A stretch of 32,000 nucleotides of DNA. Source: an uncultured Chloroflexia bacterium. Its GTDB lineage: Bacteria; Chloroflexota; Anaerolineae; Anaerolineales; Anaerolineaceae. Under the pieces are notes generated by a model. It did not search any database and was not told the DNA's origin. It saw only the letters and a program-made list of their open reading frames with translations. The translations under genes were made by a program, and so were the position numbers. Below are positions 7,866 to 17,106 of this stretch, in pieces; within the stretch, counting starts at the first letter, position 1, and each line of letters begins with the position of its first letter. The stretch is from assembly GCA_963704755.1 (NCBI GenBank), contig OY969938.1:630001-662000 (forward strand), in the 5' to 3' direction.

Positions 7866-10800
7866 ATGGCTGATTTCCTCACTCGCGGCAAGCTGGCAGA
7901 CGTCGATCCGGATGTATTCGAATTGATCCAGCTCGAAGCCGAACGCCAGTCCCGGAAATTGATCCTCATTCCCAGTGAGAGCACTGCCCCCGGAGCTGTC
8001 CGAGAGGCGCTCGGGTCGGTGTTCCAGAACATCTATGCAGAGGGGTATCCGGACGAGGATTCTCGTCGGATGACAGAGGAAGAAATTCTGGATTACGCCT
8101 CCAGGCTGCCCTACTACCGGCGCTATTCGGACCCCCGTTATTACAAAGGTGTCGAATATGCGGACGTCATCGAAACCCTGGCACGCCGGCGTTGCGCCGA
8201 GGTTTTTGCTACCGAAAAGTATTCTCCTGACAAGATTTTCGTCAACGTACAACCTCTTTCCGGTGCACCGGCCAATAACGCGGTTTATCAGGCCCTGGTC
8301 AACCCCGGCGACACGGTATTGGGCATGAATTTGCTCCACGGCGGCCATCTGACCCACGGCTCTTCGGTCAACCGCTCGGGCAAATTGTATAACATCGTCC
8401 ATTACAACGTCGATCCCAAAACCGAGCAAATCGATTACGATGCGGTCGAGGCTCTGGCTTTAGAGCATAAGCCCAAGATGATCATCGCCGGCTATTCCTC
8501 CTACCCCTGGGTGCCAGATTGGGCGCGTTTCCGCGCCATCGCCGATAAAGTCGGCGCGGTTCTCCTGGCGGATATTTCCCACATCGCCGGGTTGATCGCG
8601 GGCGGAGTCGTCCCCAGCCCGGTCGGTTATGCCCAGGTGATCACGTTTACCACCCACAAGACCCTTTTAGGGCCGCGCGGTGCGGTTGCCTTGACCACGG
8701 ATGCCGCTATCGCCCGGAAACTCGATAAGGCCGTCTTCCCCGGCGAACAGGGTGGGCCTCATCTGCATGCAATTGCCGCCCTGGCCACCACGATGAAGAT
8801 CGCCGGCACAGAGACGTTCCGCAGCCTGCAAAGCCAGATCGTCAAGAATGCGGCTGCCCTTTGCGGCCAACTGACCGCCCGTGGGATGCATATCTCCTAT
8901 GGCGGCACCAACACCCATATGGGCAACCTGGACTGTAAAACGATCGTTGGGCCGGATGGAACAACCCTTTCTGGGGATATCGCTGCCCGGGTGCTGGATA
9001 TCGCCGGCATCGTGCTTAATCGCAACACCATCCCCGGTGACAAGACTGCCCTGTATGCCTCCGGTATCCGCTTTGGCACACCCTGGGTTACCCAGCGGGG
9101 GCTAAAAGAGGACGACATGGTCGAGCTGGCCAACATCATGGCCGACTTGCTGCAGTCCATGACCCCCTATTCGCTGGAAACCCACAAAGGCGAAAGCGCC
9201 CGCGCCAAAGTCAATTTCGCTGTTTTGGAAGACGCCAAAATTCGGGTTCGTCGCCTGGCCGAAAAAGCCGGCAGCGACCTGGAGACTGGCAAACACGGTT
9301 ACCCGCACCACTTCTTCATCGATGACCGGCCGGCCAACAGCGCCGATCGGGCTGCTTACGACCTCCGCGGCAAGAATGTGCGCACCTTCGTTAATTACGC
9401 CTTCAGCAGTGACGCCGAAGCCCTGTTACCCGGCCAATCCCAGCCTACCACCGTGGCCACGGCGGGAGAAGAAGTACAAGGTGTCCTGGAATGCGTCGCA
9501 CCTGAACATTTCCGCTTCCACCTGGCTTCAGCCAAAGCCGGCCTGGCGATCACCTGGCTGCGCGATCTCTCGGATGGTTACATCGCTTTCGACGCCGATC
9601 CCTTACGCCGCCTGCCCGGACCAATTACCATTCAAGAAGCCGTGAGTGTCAAAGCCATCCAGTCCGATTCGACCCTGGCGCCGGCCAACAAGCCCTATTA
9701 CATCGGCAGCACGGCCACAAACCAGACCAACTCGCTGCTGCCCGAATTCAGTTGGGACGAAAAAGAACCTGAAACTTTACGCCGGACCTCCCTGTACGAC
9801 ATTCACAAGCAGTCCGGAGCCAAGGTTATTCCGTTTGCCGGTTGGGAAATGCCGGTCTGGTATACCTCGGTCAGCGAAGAACACATGGCCACCCGCCAGG
9901 CCGCCGGATTATTCGACGTTTCGCACATGGGCGTTTACCAGGCCGAAGGGATCGATGCACCGGTATTCCTGGACTGCGTCTGCGCCAACGACATTGGCGG
10001 CCTCGAAATCGGCCAATCCTGCTACACCCACTTGCTCGACCCAGACGCCAAAGTGATCGATGACCTGCTGGTCTACCGCCGTTCGGCGGACAAGTACCTG
10101 GTGGTGGTCAATGCTTCCAACGACGACAAAGATTGGGCCTGGATGAATGCTGTCCGTGAAGGGCGCGTGCTTATCGACCGAGAACGCCCCTCGGCCCGCG
10201 CTTTTGGGCGCAATGTGATCCTGCGCAATTTGCGTGACCCCAAAGAAGGCAAAGACATGCGCGTGGATATTGCCCTGCAAGGGCCAAAATCACGCGAAAT
10301 CCTGCTCTCCCTGGGCGTCGATGCTCCCACCCGAGCGCGCATCATGGCGCTCAAACGCACCGAACTGTGCGAAGCTGTGGTGGGCGGGTTCGACCTGGTC
10401 GTTTCGCGCACCGGCTACACCGGCGAGAAGATGGCCTTCGAGCTGTTCGTCCACCCGGACCGTGCACCTGAAATGTGGGCCGCGTTGATGGAAAAAGGCG
10501 CACCGCTGGGGTTGAAACCCTGCGGCCTGGGCGCACGCGATTCACTGCGCACCGAGGCGGGCCTGCCCTTGTACGGTCACGAAATGGGCGGCGACCTCGG
10601 CCTGGGTGTGGCGGACGCCGGCTTTGGCAGCTACATCAAAACCTACAAACCCTGGTTCGTCGGGCGCAAAGCCTTCCTTGAATCCGAGAAAGTCCGCAAG
10701 AGCATGGTTGCCCGCTTCCGCTTCAGTGAAAAAGGCACACGCATGGCTCACCACGGCGACCCCGTCCTGGATCGCAAGGGCCGCACCATCGGTGTGGTCA

Positions 10801-10997
10801 CCAGTTGCGCAATGGACAGCGAAGGGCTGCTGACCGGCCAGGCCTACCTGGAATTGAAAGCCAGTGAGGAAGGCGCTCAACTCTTCATCTATCAGGGCGC
10901 TCCCCAGGCGCTGGGCAAACCCCCAGCCGAATTATCCACGGGTGACCGGGTCACCCTACCGGGCCAGGCGATATTACTTACCCGCTTCCCCAAATAG
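7866..10997 (+). CDS. glyA/gcvT: fusion protein: serine hydroxymethyltransferase (N-terminal) + unassigned ~170-aa middle region + glycine-cleavage aminomethyltransferase GcvT (C-terminal)
   Basis: One uninterrupted 1043-aa ORF with AAGGAGAG upstream. The N-terminal ~470 aa (7866-~9270) read FELIQLEAERQSRKLILIPSES...TFTTHKTLLGPRG, including the SHMT PLP-lysine motif. The C-terminal part from ~9778 reads LRRTSLYDIHKQSGAKVIPFAGWEMPVWYTSVSEEHMATRQAAGLFDVSHMGVYQAEG..., the GcvT N-terminal pattern. Confidence 0.85.
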   Translation: MADFLTRGKLADVDPDVFELIQLEAERQSRKLILIPSESTAPGAVREALGSVFQNIYAEGYPDEDSRRMTEEEILDYASRLPYYRRYSDPRYYKGVEYADVIETLARRRCAEVFATEKYSPDKIFVNVQPLSGAPANNAVYQALVNPGDTVLGMNLLHGGHLTHGSSVNRSGKLYNIVHYNVDPKTEQIDYDAVEALALEHKPKMIIAGYSSYPWVPDWARFRAIADKVGAVLLADISHIAGLIAGGVVPSPVGYAQVITFTTHKTLLGPRGAVALTTDAAIARKLDKAVFPGEQGGPHLHAIAALATTMKIAGTETFRSLQSQIVKNAAALCGQLTARGMHISYGGTNTHMGNLDCKTIVGPDGTTLSGDIAARVLDIAGIVLNRNTIPGDKTALYASGIRFGTPWVTQRGLKEDDMVELANIMADLLQSMTPYSLETHKGESARAKVNFAVLEDAKIRVRRLAEKAGSDLETGKHGYPHHFFIDDRPANSADRAAYDLRGKNVRTFVNYAFSSDAEALLPGQSQPTTVATAGEEVQGVLECVAPEHFRFHLASAKAGLAITWLRDLSDGYIAFDADPLRRLPGPITIQEAVSVKAIQSDSTLAPANKPYYIGSTATNQTNSLLPEFSWDEKEPETLRRTSLYDIHKQSGAKVIPFAGWEMPVWYTSVSEEHMATRQAAGLFDVSHMGVYQAEGIDAPVFLDCVCANDIGGLEIGQSCYTHLLDPDAKVIDDLLVYRRSADKYLVVVNASNDDKDWAWMNAVREGRVLIDRERPSARAFGRNVILRNLRDPKEGKDMRVDIALQGPKSREILLSLGVDAPTRARIMALKRTELCEAVVGGFDLVVSRTGYTGEKMAFELFVHPDRAPEMWAALMEKGAPLGLKPCGLGARDSLRTEAGLPLYGHEMGGDLGLGVADAGFGSYIKTYKPWFVGRKAFLESEKVRKSMVARFRFSEKGTRMAHHGDPVLDRKGRTIGVVTSCAMDSEGLLTGQAYLELKASEEGAQLFIYQGAPQALGKPPAELSTGDRVTLPGQAILLTRFPK

Positions 10998-11004
10998 TCT
11001 GCAC

Positions 11005-11050
11005 AAACCAGGTGCTCAGGCTCCGCAGCCCGCGCACCTGGTTTTTTTTA
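11005..11050 (+). terminator. rho-independent terminator after the SHMT-GcvT gene
   Basis: AAACCAGGTGC (11005-11015) pairs with GCACCTGGTTT (11034-11044), followed by a T run. Confidence 0.75.
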
Positions 11051-11183
11051 CCCGGGTTAATTTTCTCATTGCAGCCAACAGATTACCCATTCAGGTCATC
11101 CATTAAAAATATAAAGACAGGTACAATGATAGCCATGCCTGGCTGAAAACGAACAGCCGGGCACGACAAAGGAGATTGAATAA

Positions 11184-12428
11184 ATGCATACTCTTTGGGA
11201 CCATCGCTACGCTCAGCGGACTCAGCGCATGAAGGCATCGGCCATTCGTGAGCTCTTGAAACTAACCGAGGACCCTGAAGTCATCTCATTTGCCGGCGGT
11301 CTCCCAGCTCCAGAGGTCTTTCCTGTGGAGAAAATCAATGAAGCATGTACGAAAGTACTGAAAGAACACGGTTCAGTAGCACTGCAATACGGTGCTACGG
11401 AGGGATACCAGCCCCTGCGCGAGCTGCTCGCCGAGCGGACTTCCCGCAATGGTATTCCCGTCACCGCGGACAATATCTTGATTACCTCCGGTTCGCAGCA
11501 GGCATTGGATCTGATCGGAAAGATATTTATCAACCGCGGCGATTGTATCCTGACCGAATCTCCGACTTATTTGGGGGCTTTGCAAGCCTGGGCGCCTTAC
11601 GGCGCCGAGTACGTCACCGTACGCAGCGATGATGATGGCATCGTGACCGACGAGCTCGAAGAAGCGCTGCGGGCCGGCCCAAAATTCATGTATGTTCTGC
11701 CCAATTTCCAGAATCCCATGGGGGTCTGCATGGCGCTCGAACGCCGTCAGATGCTGGTGGAACTGGCGGATCGCTACGGTGTCCCCATTGTCGAAGACGA
11801 CCCGTACGGCCAGCTCCGTTTCGAAGGCGAGGACCTGCCGGCTGTCGAGGTTCTGGATGCACAGTACCGCACCCAAAACGGCCATTATACCGGCAATGTG
11901 ATCTACCTGAGCACATTCTCCAAGACGCTTTCCCCCGGATTGCGCCTGGCCTGGATCGTTGCTCCGACCGAGGTCATCAGTAAACTGGTCCTGGCCAAGC
12001 AAGGCACCGACTTGCATACGGCAACCTTTAATCAATGTATCGCCTACGAAATCGGCCGCGAAGGGTTCATCGACCAGCACGTCAAAATGATCCGCAAAGT
12101 GTATCAGGAACGGCGTGACGTGATGCTGGATGCCCTGGCCGAGCATATGCCCGAAAGCGTTACCTGGACGCGGCCCCAAGGCGGTTTGTTCTTGTGGGTG
12201 CGCCTGCCGGAAGCCTGTAATACAACCGAGATGTTCCCGGCAGCCGTGGCCAACAAGGTCGCCTACGTCCCAGGGGAGAGCTTCTTCCCGAACGGCGACG
12301 GCCAAAACACCATGCGTCTCAACTTCTCCTATTCATCCCCGGAAAAAATCAACGAAGGTATTGCCCGGCTAGGCCTGATGCTCAAACAAGAACTGGCAAA
12401 AAAGGAACAATTATTCCGGGTAAGTTGA
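11184..12428 (+). CDS. PLP-dependent aminotransferase, class I/II (AspC/2-aminoadipate-transaminase-like)
   Basis: 414 aa. MKASAIRELLKL...ISFAGGLPAPEVFP...TSGSQQALDL...LSTFSKTLSPGLRLAWIVAP (PLP-lysine SxxK) ...MRLNFSY. AAAGGAG lies upstream. Confidence 0.85.
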   Translation: MHTLWDHRYAQRTQRMKASAIRELLKLTEDPEVISFAGGLPAPEVFPVEKINEACTKVLKEHGSVALQYGATEGYQPLRELLAERTSRNGIPVTADNILITSGSQQALDLIGKIFINRGDCILTESPTYLGALQAWAPYGAEYVTVRSDDDGIVTDELEEALRAGPKFMYVLPNFQNPMGVCMALERRQMLVELADRYGVPIVEDDPYGQLRFEGEDLPAVEVLDAQYRTQNGHYTGNVIYLSTFSKTLSPGLRLAWIVAPTEVISKLVLAKQGTDLHTATFNQCIAYEIGREGFIDQHVKMIRKVYQERRDVMLDALAEHMPESVTWTRPQGGLFLWVRLPEACNTTEMFPAAVANKVAYVPGESFFPNGDGQNTMRLNFSYSSPEKINEGIARLGLMLKQELAKKEQLFRVS

Positions 12429-12446
12429 TCTCTTTGCGCGCACGTG

Positions 12447-14177
12447 TCAGGATTCCCGGCTGTTTCGCCACAGTTTGAAATCCTTGAGGATCGACGCGCC
12501 GACGAACTCGCGCAGCAGCGAATTATCCGGGATCAGCTCGGTATCAATGGGTAAGAACCATTCCAGGAAGGCCAGCAATCGCTTTGCTTCGATGTATTCA
12601 TTGGTGCCGTAGGTCACCTGGCGCAGCAGCGGTTCGGCCAAAGGTTTTAACGCCGACAACTCGTATACCAGGGCTGAGTTGAAGAATTCATCCGCATTTT
12701 CCTGGTAGGGAAAGATGTGGTTCTTTTCACCGCGCCGCACCGATTCCCATCGTCCAATGGTATCCTGGGCCGAATAGCCCCGCTCGCGCTGATCGCGTAC
12801 AATCCGGCGGATCAGGCGCGTGTCGGTGGTGGAAATTCGGTTATGCCGGTCCAGGTTGAGCTGGGTCAGGCAGGAAATGTAAATGCGGAAAGTCTTATCC
12901 TGCGAAATATGCGGTAAAAGATCCGGGTTTAGCCCGTGGATGCCCTCCAGGATAACCAATTGGCCCGGGGTCAGCCTGACGACATCCCCAGGGCCGCTGC
13001 GCCCGCTGCGGAAATCGTAGCGCGGCAACTGGACTTCCTCGCCTCGGATCAGCCCCTGCAGGTCTTTTTCGAGCCGGGATGTGTCCAGTGCGCCCAGGGC
13101 TTCGAAATCAAAATTTCCCGCTTCATCCACGGGTGTCAATTCGCGGTCCACAAAATAATTGTCCACTTCGATCGGAATTGGCGAAACCCCGTAAGCCAGC
13201 AACTGGATCGCCAGCCGCTTGGAGAAGGTCGTTTTCCCCGAAGACGACGGGCCGGCAATCAAGATCACCTGTGATTTATCTGATCGCGAAATAATTTTCC
13301 GCGCAATTTCAGCGATTTTTTGTTCGTGCAGCGCTTCCGAGACCAGGATCACTTCCGGTACCCGCTTCTCGCTGATGCTGTCGTTGAGCGCGCCAACACT
13401 TTCGATACCCAGGTGAGACAACCAGGCTCCGTACTGTTGGAAGGTTTTCAACAGCATGGGATAATCCGGCATGGGCAGCAGCACATCCGGTGCATGCCGG
13501 CGCGGGAAGCGCAGGATGAAGCCCTCCGCCATTCGTTTCACGCTGAACCAGCGCAAATAGCCGGTCGAAGGCACCATATAACCATGATGATAATCTTCAT
13601 GCTCGCCAAAGCGGTACAGCACCAGGTTGCCTTTCTGGCGGTATTTCAGCAAGCGCACTTTATCCTGGTAGCCTTTTTTGGCGAAAAAATCAATGGCTTC
13701 GTCCAGGGGAGTCAGCCTGCGCTCGAAAGCCAGATTTTGGGCGACCAGTTCTTTCATATGAGCTTCCAGCGTGGAAACCTCGGCTTCGCTCAACGGCTCA
13801 CGCCCATTGACCTGGCAATAATACCCGCCCGATGAGACCGAATGGTCGATCGTCATTTCGATTTGCGGGTACAGGTCCTCGAAGGCGGCCTCCAGCAATA
13901 AGGTCAACGAACGGCGATAAATCCGGGCGCCATCCGCCGAGGACATATCCACCGGGGTGACTTTTGCATCCATGCTGACCGGGTAAGTCAACTCGCGTAA
14001 CTCGTGGTTGACGATGGCCCCTACGACCATTGGATCCGCCAGGTCCGGGATAGCTTGCAGGAATTCTCCAACCGGTGTGTTCCGTGGCCCATCAAATACC
14101 CGCCCGTCTGGCAGTTCGATTTCGACGGTTTCGCGCAATTTTTCTTCCTGAATTATTTTTACAAGCTCTTGGGCCAT
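12447..14177 (-). CDS. TGS / ThrRS-second-additional-domain-like N-terminus fused to a uridine/nucleoside kinase P-loop domain
   Basis: The Walker A motif is IAGPSSSGKTTFSKRLAIQL within a Udk-like C-terminal half. The N-terminal half is TGS-like (VEIELPDGRVFDGPRNTPVGEF). The preferred start is ATG 14177 (MAQELVK), preceded by AGGAGA; the track start at 14231 adds 18 unlikely residues. Confidence 0.7.
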   Translation of the reverse strand: MAQELVKIIQEEKLRETVEIELPDGRVFDGPRNTPVGEFLQAIPDLADPMVVGAIVNHELRELTYPVSMDAKVTPVDMSSADGARIYRRSLTLLLEAAFEDLYPQIEMTIDHSVSSGGYYCQVNGREPLSEAEVSTLEAHMKELVAQNLAFERRLTPLDEAIDFFAKKGYQDKVRLLKYRQKGNLVLYRFGEHEDYHHGYMVPSTGYLRWFSVKRMAEGFILRFPRRHAPDVLLPMPDYPMLLKTFQQYGAWLSHLGIESVGALNDSISEKRVPEVILVSEALHEQKIAEIARKIISRSDKSQVILIAGPSSSGKTTFSKRLAIQLLAYGVSPIPIEVDNYFVDRELTPVDEAGNFDFEALGALDTSRLEKDLQGLIRGEEVQLPRYDFRSGRSGPGDVVRLTPGQLVILEGIHGLNPDLLPHISQDKTFRIYISCLTQLNLDRHNRISTTDTRLIRRIVRDQRERGYSAQDTIGRWESVRRGEKNHIFPYQENADEFFNSALVYELSALKPLAEPLLRQVTYGTNEYIEAKRLLAFLEWFLPIDTELIPDNSLLREFVGASILKDFKLWRNSRES

Positions 14178-14265
14178 AACACCATTCTCCTGCTTAAATT
14201 TGGAAAATAAGTATACCACGTGGATATACATAAATTTATTATCTGCTCAACTAACGCAAAAGAGC

Positions 14266-14320
14266 GGGTGTTTATAATGTTTTTTGCGCGCTTCGCACGG
14301 AAAAAACATTATAAACACCC
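14266..14320. repeat. perfect 20-bp inverted repeat with a 15-nt spacer in a divergent intergenic region
   Basis: GGGTGTTTATAATGTTTTTT (14266-14285), spacer gcgcgcttcgcacgg, AAAAAACATTATAAACACCC (14301-14320). Each arm carries TATAAT when read outward on its own strand. Confidence 0.85.
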
Positions 14321-14411
14321 CAAATTTCTGGATTAGCATTAGTAAAAAAAAATTCGGGTTTTTGAAAGGATGGGCACTAGTAACGGCATTTCTTATGTAT
14401 AATTTCTATTC

Positions 14412-15236
14412 ATGAACCTACCAATCTGGCGTTTAATTCAAAATGAACCCGCTGACGGCGCCTGGAATATGGCCGTCGATGAAGCCATCCTTGAAGCGGT
14501 GATCGCGGGCCAATCACAACCGACCCTGCGTTTATATGCCTGGGACCCGCCCTGCCTCTCGCTCGGCTATTCACAGCCGGTGCAGGACGTGGACAAAGAG
14601 GCTTTAACCCAACGTGGCTGGCATTTGGTGCGCCGCCCCACCGGCGGGCGCGCCATTCTGCATACCGACGAGCTGACTTACTCGATTATGGCTCCCCAGA
14701 CCGACCCACACGTGTCCGGCAGCATCCTGGAAAGCTACCGGCGGCTGTCGATGGCCCTGGTCGCCGGGCTAAACCGTATGGGCTTAACTGCCTCAGCCGA
14801 TAAGGAATACGACCTGCCGGCTGGCAGCCAGGCCAACGGAGCGGTTTGCTTCGAAGTACCCGCGAACTATGAGATTACCGTAGCGGGGAAAAAATTGATC
14901 GGAAGCGCCCAGGCGCGCCGCTATCAGGGCGTGCTGCAGCATGGATCGCTGCCGCTGTATGGCGACCTGAGCCGCATCACCCACGCCTTGAAATACACCG
15001 CTGAGTCCCAGCGCGAACGGGCTATTCAGCGCTTACTCGCGCATGCCACCACGGTTGAAACCTTGACCGGTAAGGTGGTCTCCTGGCAGTCTGCCGCCGA
15101 TGCGTTGATCCTGGCCTTTCAAGAGACCCTGGCCATCCAACTGGTTCCTGGTGAATTGAGCCAATCGGAAAAGCTGCGCGCCAGCGAACTCGTCCGCGAT
15201 AAATTTGCCAATCCCACCTGGACGGATCGTTTGTAA
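14412..15236 (+). CDS. lipoate-protein ligase / octanoyltransferase family protein (BPL/LPL catalytic domain only)
   Basis: 274 aa. WNMAVDEAILEAV...PTLRLYAWDPPCLSLGYSQ...VRRPTGGRAILH..ELTYS...GKKLIGSAQARR (the conserved lysine of LplA/LipB-type enzymes). Confidence 0.8.
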   Translation: MNLPIWRLIQNEPADGAWNMAVDEAILEAVIAGQSQPTLRLYAWDPPCLSLGYSQPVQDVDKEALTQRGWHLVRRPTGGRAILHTDELTYSIMAPQTDPHVSGSILESYRRLSMALVAGLNRMGLTASADKEYDLPAGSQANGAVCFEVPANYEITVAGKKLIGSAQARRYQGVLQHGSLPLYGDLSRITHALKYTAESQRERAIQRLLAHATTVETLTGKVVSWQSAADALILAFQETLAIQLVPGELSQSEKLRASELVRDKFANPTWTDRL

Positions 15237-15336
15237 CCCGATCTTTCCTTTTGGCTGCTTACCGAGCAATATTCTGCACAGGTATAACGGTTATAATGAT
15301 CCTAACCCTGCCCGTAGATCATATGATGATTCTTCT

Positions 15337-16389
15337 ATGCCAAACACATCAGGAAACCAGCTAAAACTCATCCTGTGGATCGGCCTGCTCGTCGTCCTTG
15401 GCCTTTTGGCCGCGTGCAGCAGCCCAACAGCAACCCCCACGCCAACGCCATCTGAGCCGACCCTCACCCCAGAAATGTCCGCCACACCAACCCTGGGTCC
15501 CCTGGGCGGCAGCGACAACCCCCTGGTCATCGGATTTGATACCGGCTCAGACCCTCAAGGGCAAAATACAACCGCCCGCCAGAATTTCACCGATGCCCTG
15601 GCCGCACAAACCGGGTTGACCATAACTTTCACCGAGTTCAGCGACCCGCGCGACACATTGGATGCGCTTAAAAACGGGGAAATCCAAATGGCCTGGCTCT
15701 ATCCCCTGACTTATATCTATGCCCGGGAGCAGGACCTGGCCACCGTCGGTTTGATCAGCAACCACTTCGGGACCTATTATTATGGGACTCAATTCCTGGC
15801 CAACGCAGAATCTGGCTACACGCAGTATTATGACCCCGCGTCCAATGCCGGCACTGCCGACGCGGCCACTGCCCTGGCCCAGTTCGATGGCACCCGCCCT
15901 TGTTGGGTCGAACCCGGTTCGATTTCTGGCTATATCTACCCGGATGGCCTGCTGGAGCAGGCCAAAGTCGAGGTTCAGAGCGGCGTCCAGACCCAATCTT
16001 TTACGGCGACAATTCGCGCCCTGTACATCAAAGGGATCTGCGATTTTGGCGTCACCTTCGCCATATCCGGCGATCCCCGCACCTCCTCGGCAGTGACCTC
16101 CGACCTGACCGACGTCATGCAGCGCGTGGTGGTCATCTGGCAAAGCGCTGCCGAAATTCCGAATCTGAACCTGTCCTACACTCCTGCTGTCCCCGACAAT
16201 ATACAGCGCAATCTCAACGATACCCTGGCGAAAATGTTGGAAAACGACGATAATCGCAGCCTGCTCAGCCAGGCGCTGAATAATTATGACGTCCAGGGAC
16301 TTAAAATTGTCGACGATTCCGTATACGACCCGCTCCGCCAGGCGGTTGATGCGAGCGGCACAGACGTTTCACAATGGATAGGTCGCTAA
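15337..16389 (+). CDS. lipoprotein, PhnD-like (phosphonate/phosphite-type) periplasmic substrate-binding protein
   Basis: Start chosen at ATG 15337 (MPNTSGNQLKLILWIGLLVVLGLLAAC), giving a signal peptide with lipobox L-A-A-C and then a Thr/Pro linker. NPLVIGF...ALKNGEIQMAWLYPLTYIYA resembles PhnD-type PBP2. No permease or ATPase gene is adjacent. The track ORF (15205) overlaps the upstream gene. Confidence 0.55.
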   Translation: MPNTSGNQLKLILWIGLLVVLGLLAACSSPTATPTPTPSEPTLTPEMSATPTLGPLGGSDNPLVIGFDTGSDPQGQNTTARQNFTDALAAQTGLTITFTEFSDPRDTLDALKNGEIQMAWLYPLTYIYAREQDLATVGLISNHFGTYYYGTQFLANAESGYTQYYDPASNAGTADAATALAQFDGTRPCWVEPGSISGYIYPDGLLEQAKVEVQSGVQTQSFTATIRALYIKGICDFGVTFAISGDPRTSSAVTSDLTDVMQRVVVIWQSAAEIPNLNLSYTPAVPDNIQRNLNDTLAKMLENDDNRSLLSQALNNYDVQGLKIVDDSVYDPLRQAVDASGTDVSQWIGR

Positions 16390-16404
16390 ACTTTCAATTC
16401 GCCT

Positions 16405-17079
16405 ATGAAATTCAAAAAGAATATCCTTCGCACAATATTTACGATTATTGTCCTGGGAATTATCCTTCTAGGTATTCCCACCCTGGTCGCTGAAAAATAC
16501 TCCCGTTCCCGCACCTTCACCGAGGAAACCGTGCCGTCCGTACCGGTCGCAATTGTCTTTGGCGCCGGACTGACCCGCACCGGGGCTCCTACAGCCATCC
16601 TGCAGGACCGGGTGGCCACTGCTGCCCGTCTGTACTTCGACGGTAAAGTATCCAAGATTCTGATGAGCGGCGACAACCGCTACGTCGATTACAACGAACC
16701 CGGCGCGATGCGCGAATACGCCTTGAAGCTGGGCGTTCCCGACGGGGCCATCGTTCTGGACTATGCCGGCCGGCGGACATACGACACCTGTTACCGCGCC
16801 CGGCATATCTTCGATCTGACCGAGGCAATCCTGGTCACCCAGGATTTTCACCTTCCCCGGGCCATACTCACCTGCAACGGCCTGGGTATCCAGGCGGTTG
16901 GAGTCACCGCTAGCGGTCATCGTTACAGCCGCCGGTCGCTGGCTTACTGGTTTCTGCGCGAGATTCCGGCCACCACCCAGGCGCTCATCGATGTTTTCGT
17001 AACCCGACCGCTGCCGGTATTAGGCAAGCCCGAGCCGATTTTTCCTTATCAGGTCAGTCAAATCGATCCAAATTTTTAG
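16405..17079 (+). CDS. SanA/YdcF (DUF218) family membrane-anchored protein
   Basis: 224 aa with an N-terminal TM helix. AIVFGAGL...PTAILQDRVATAARLYFDGKVSKILMSGDNRYVDYNEPGAMREYALKLGVP...DYAGRRTYDTCYRA is the SanA pattern. Confidence 0.8.
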   Translation: MKFKKNILRTIFTIIVLGIILLGIPTLVAEKYSRSRTFTEETVPSVPVAIVFGAGLTRTGAPTAILQDRVATAARLYFDGKVSKILMSGDNRYVDYNEPGAMREYALKLGVPDGAIVLDYAGRRTYDTCYRARHIFDLTEAILVTQDFHLPRAILTCNGLGIQAVGVTASGHRYSRRSLAYWFLREIPATTQALIDVFVTRPLPVLGKPEPIFPYQVSQIDPNF

Positions 17080-17106
17080 GAGGTATTTATAAATCACGAT
17101 CAAGCC

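Noticed and set aside
11373-12305. 310-aa ORF antisense to the aminotransferase gene. Similar long antisense or alternative-frame ORFs occur at 7863-8429, 9909-10280, 15547-16143, 17158-17994, 18151-18693, 19779-20504 and 6077-6541.
   Set aside because: They lie opposite or overlapping genes with clear family motifs in GC-rich DNA, where stop-free antisense frames are expected. Their translations are Arg/Gly/Pro-rich low-complexity sequences with no recognisable motifs, and some span intergenic gaps.
14178-14231. N-terminal extension of the kinase-fusion ORF (MYIHVVYLFSKFKQENGV). The 15205-15336 extension of the lipoprotein ORF is a similar case.
   Set aside because: Internal ATGs with good SD sequences (14177) or a proper signal peptide/lipobox (15337) give more plausible proteins. 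The 15205 extension overlaps the upstream gene.
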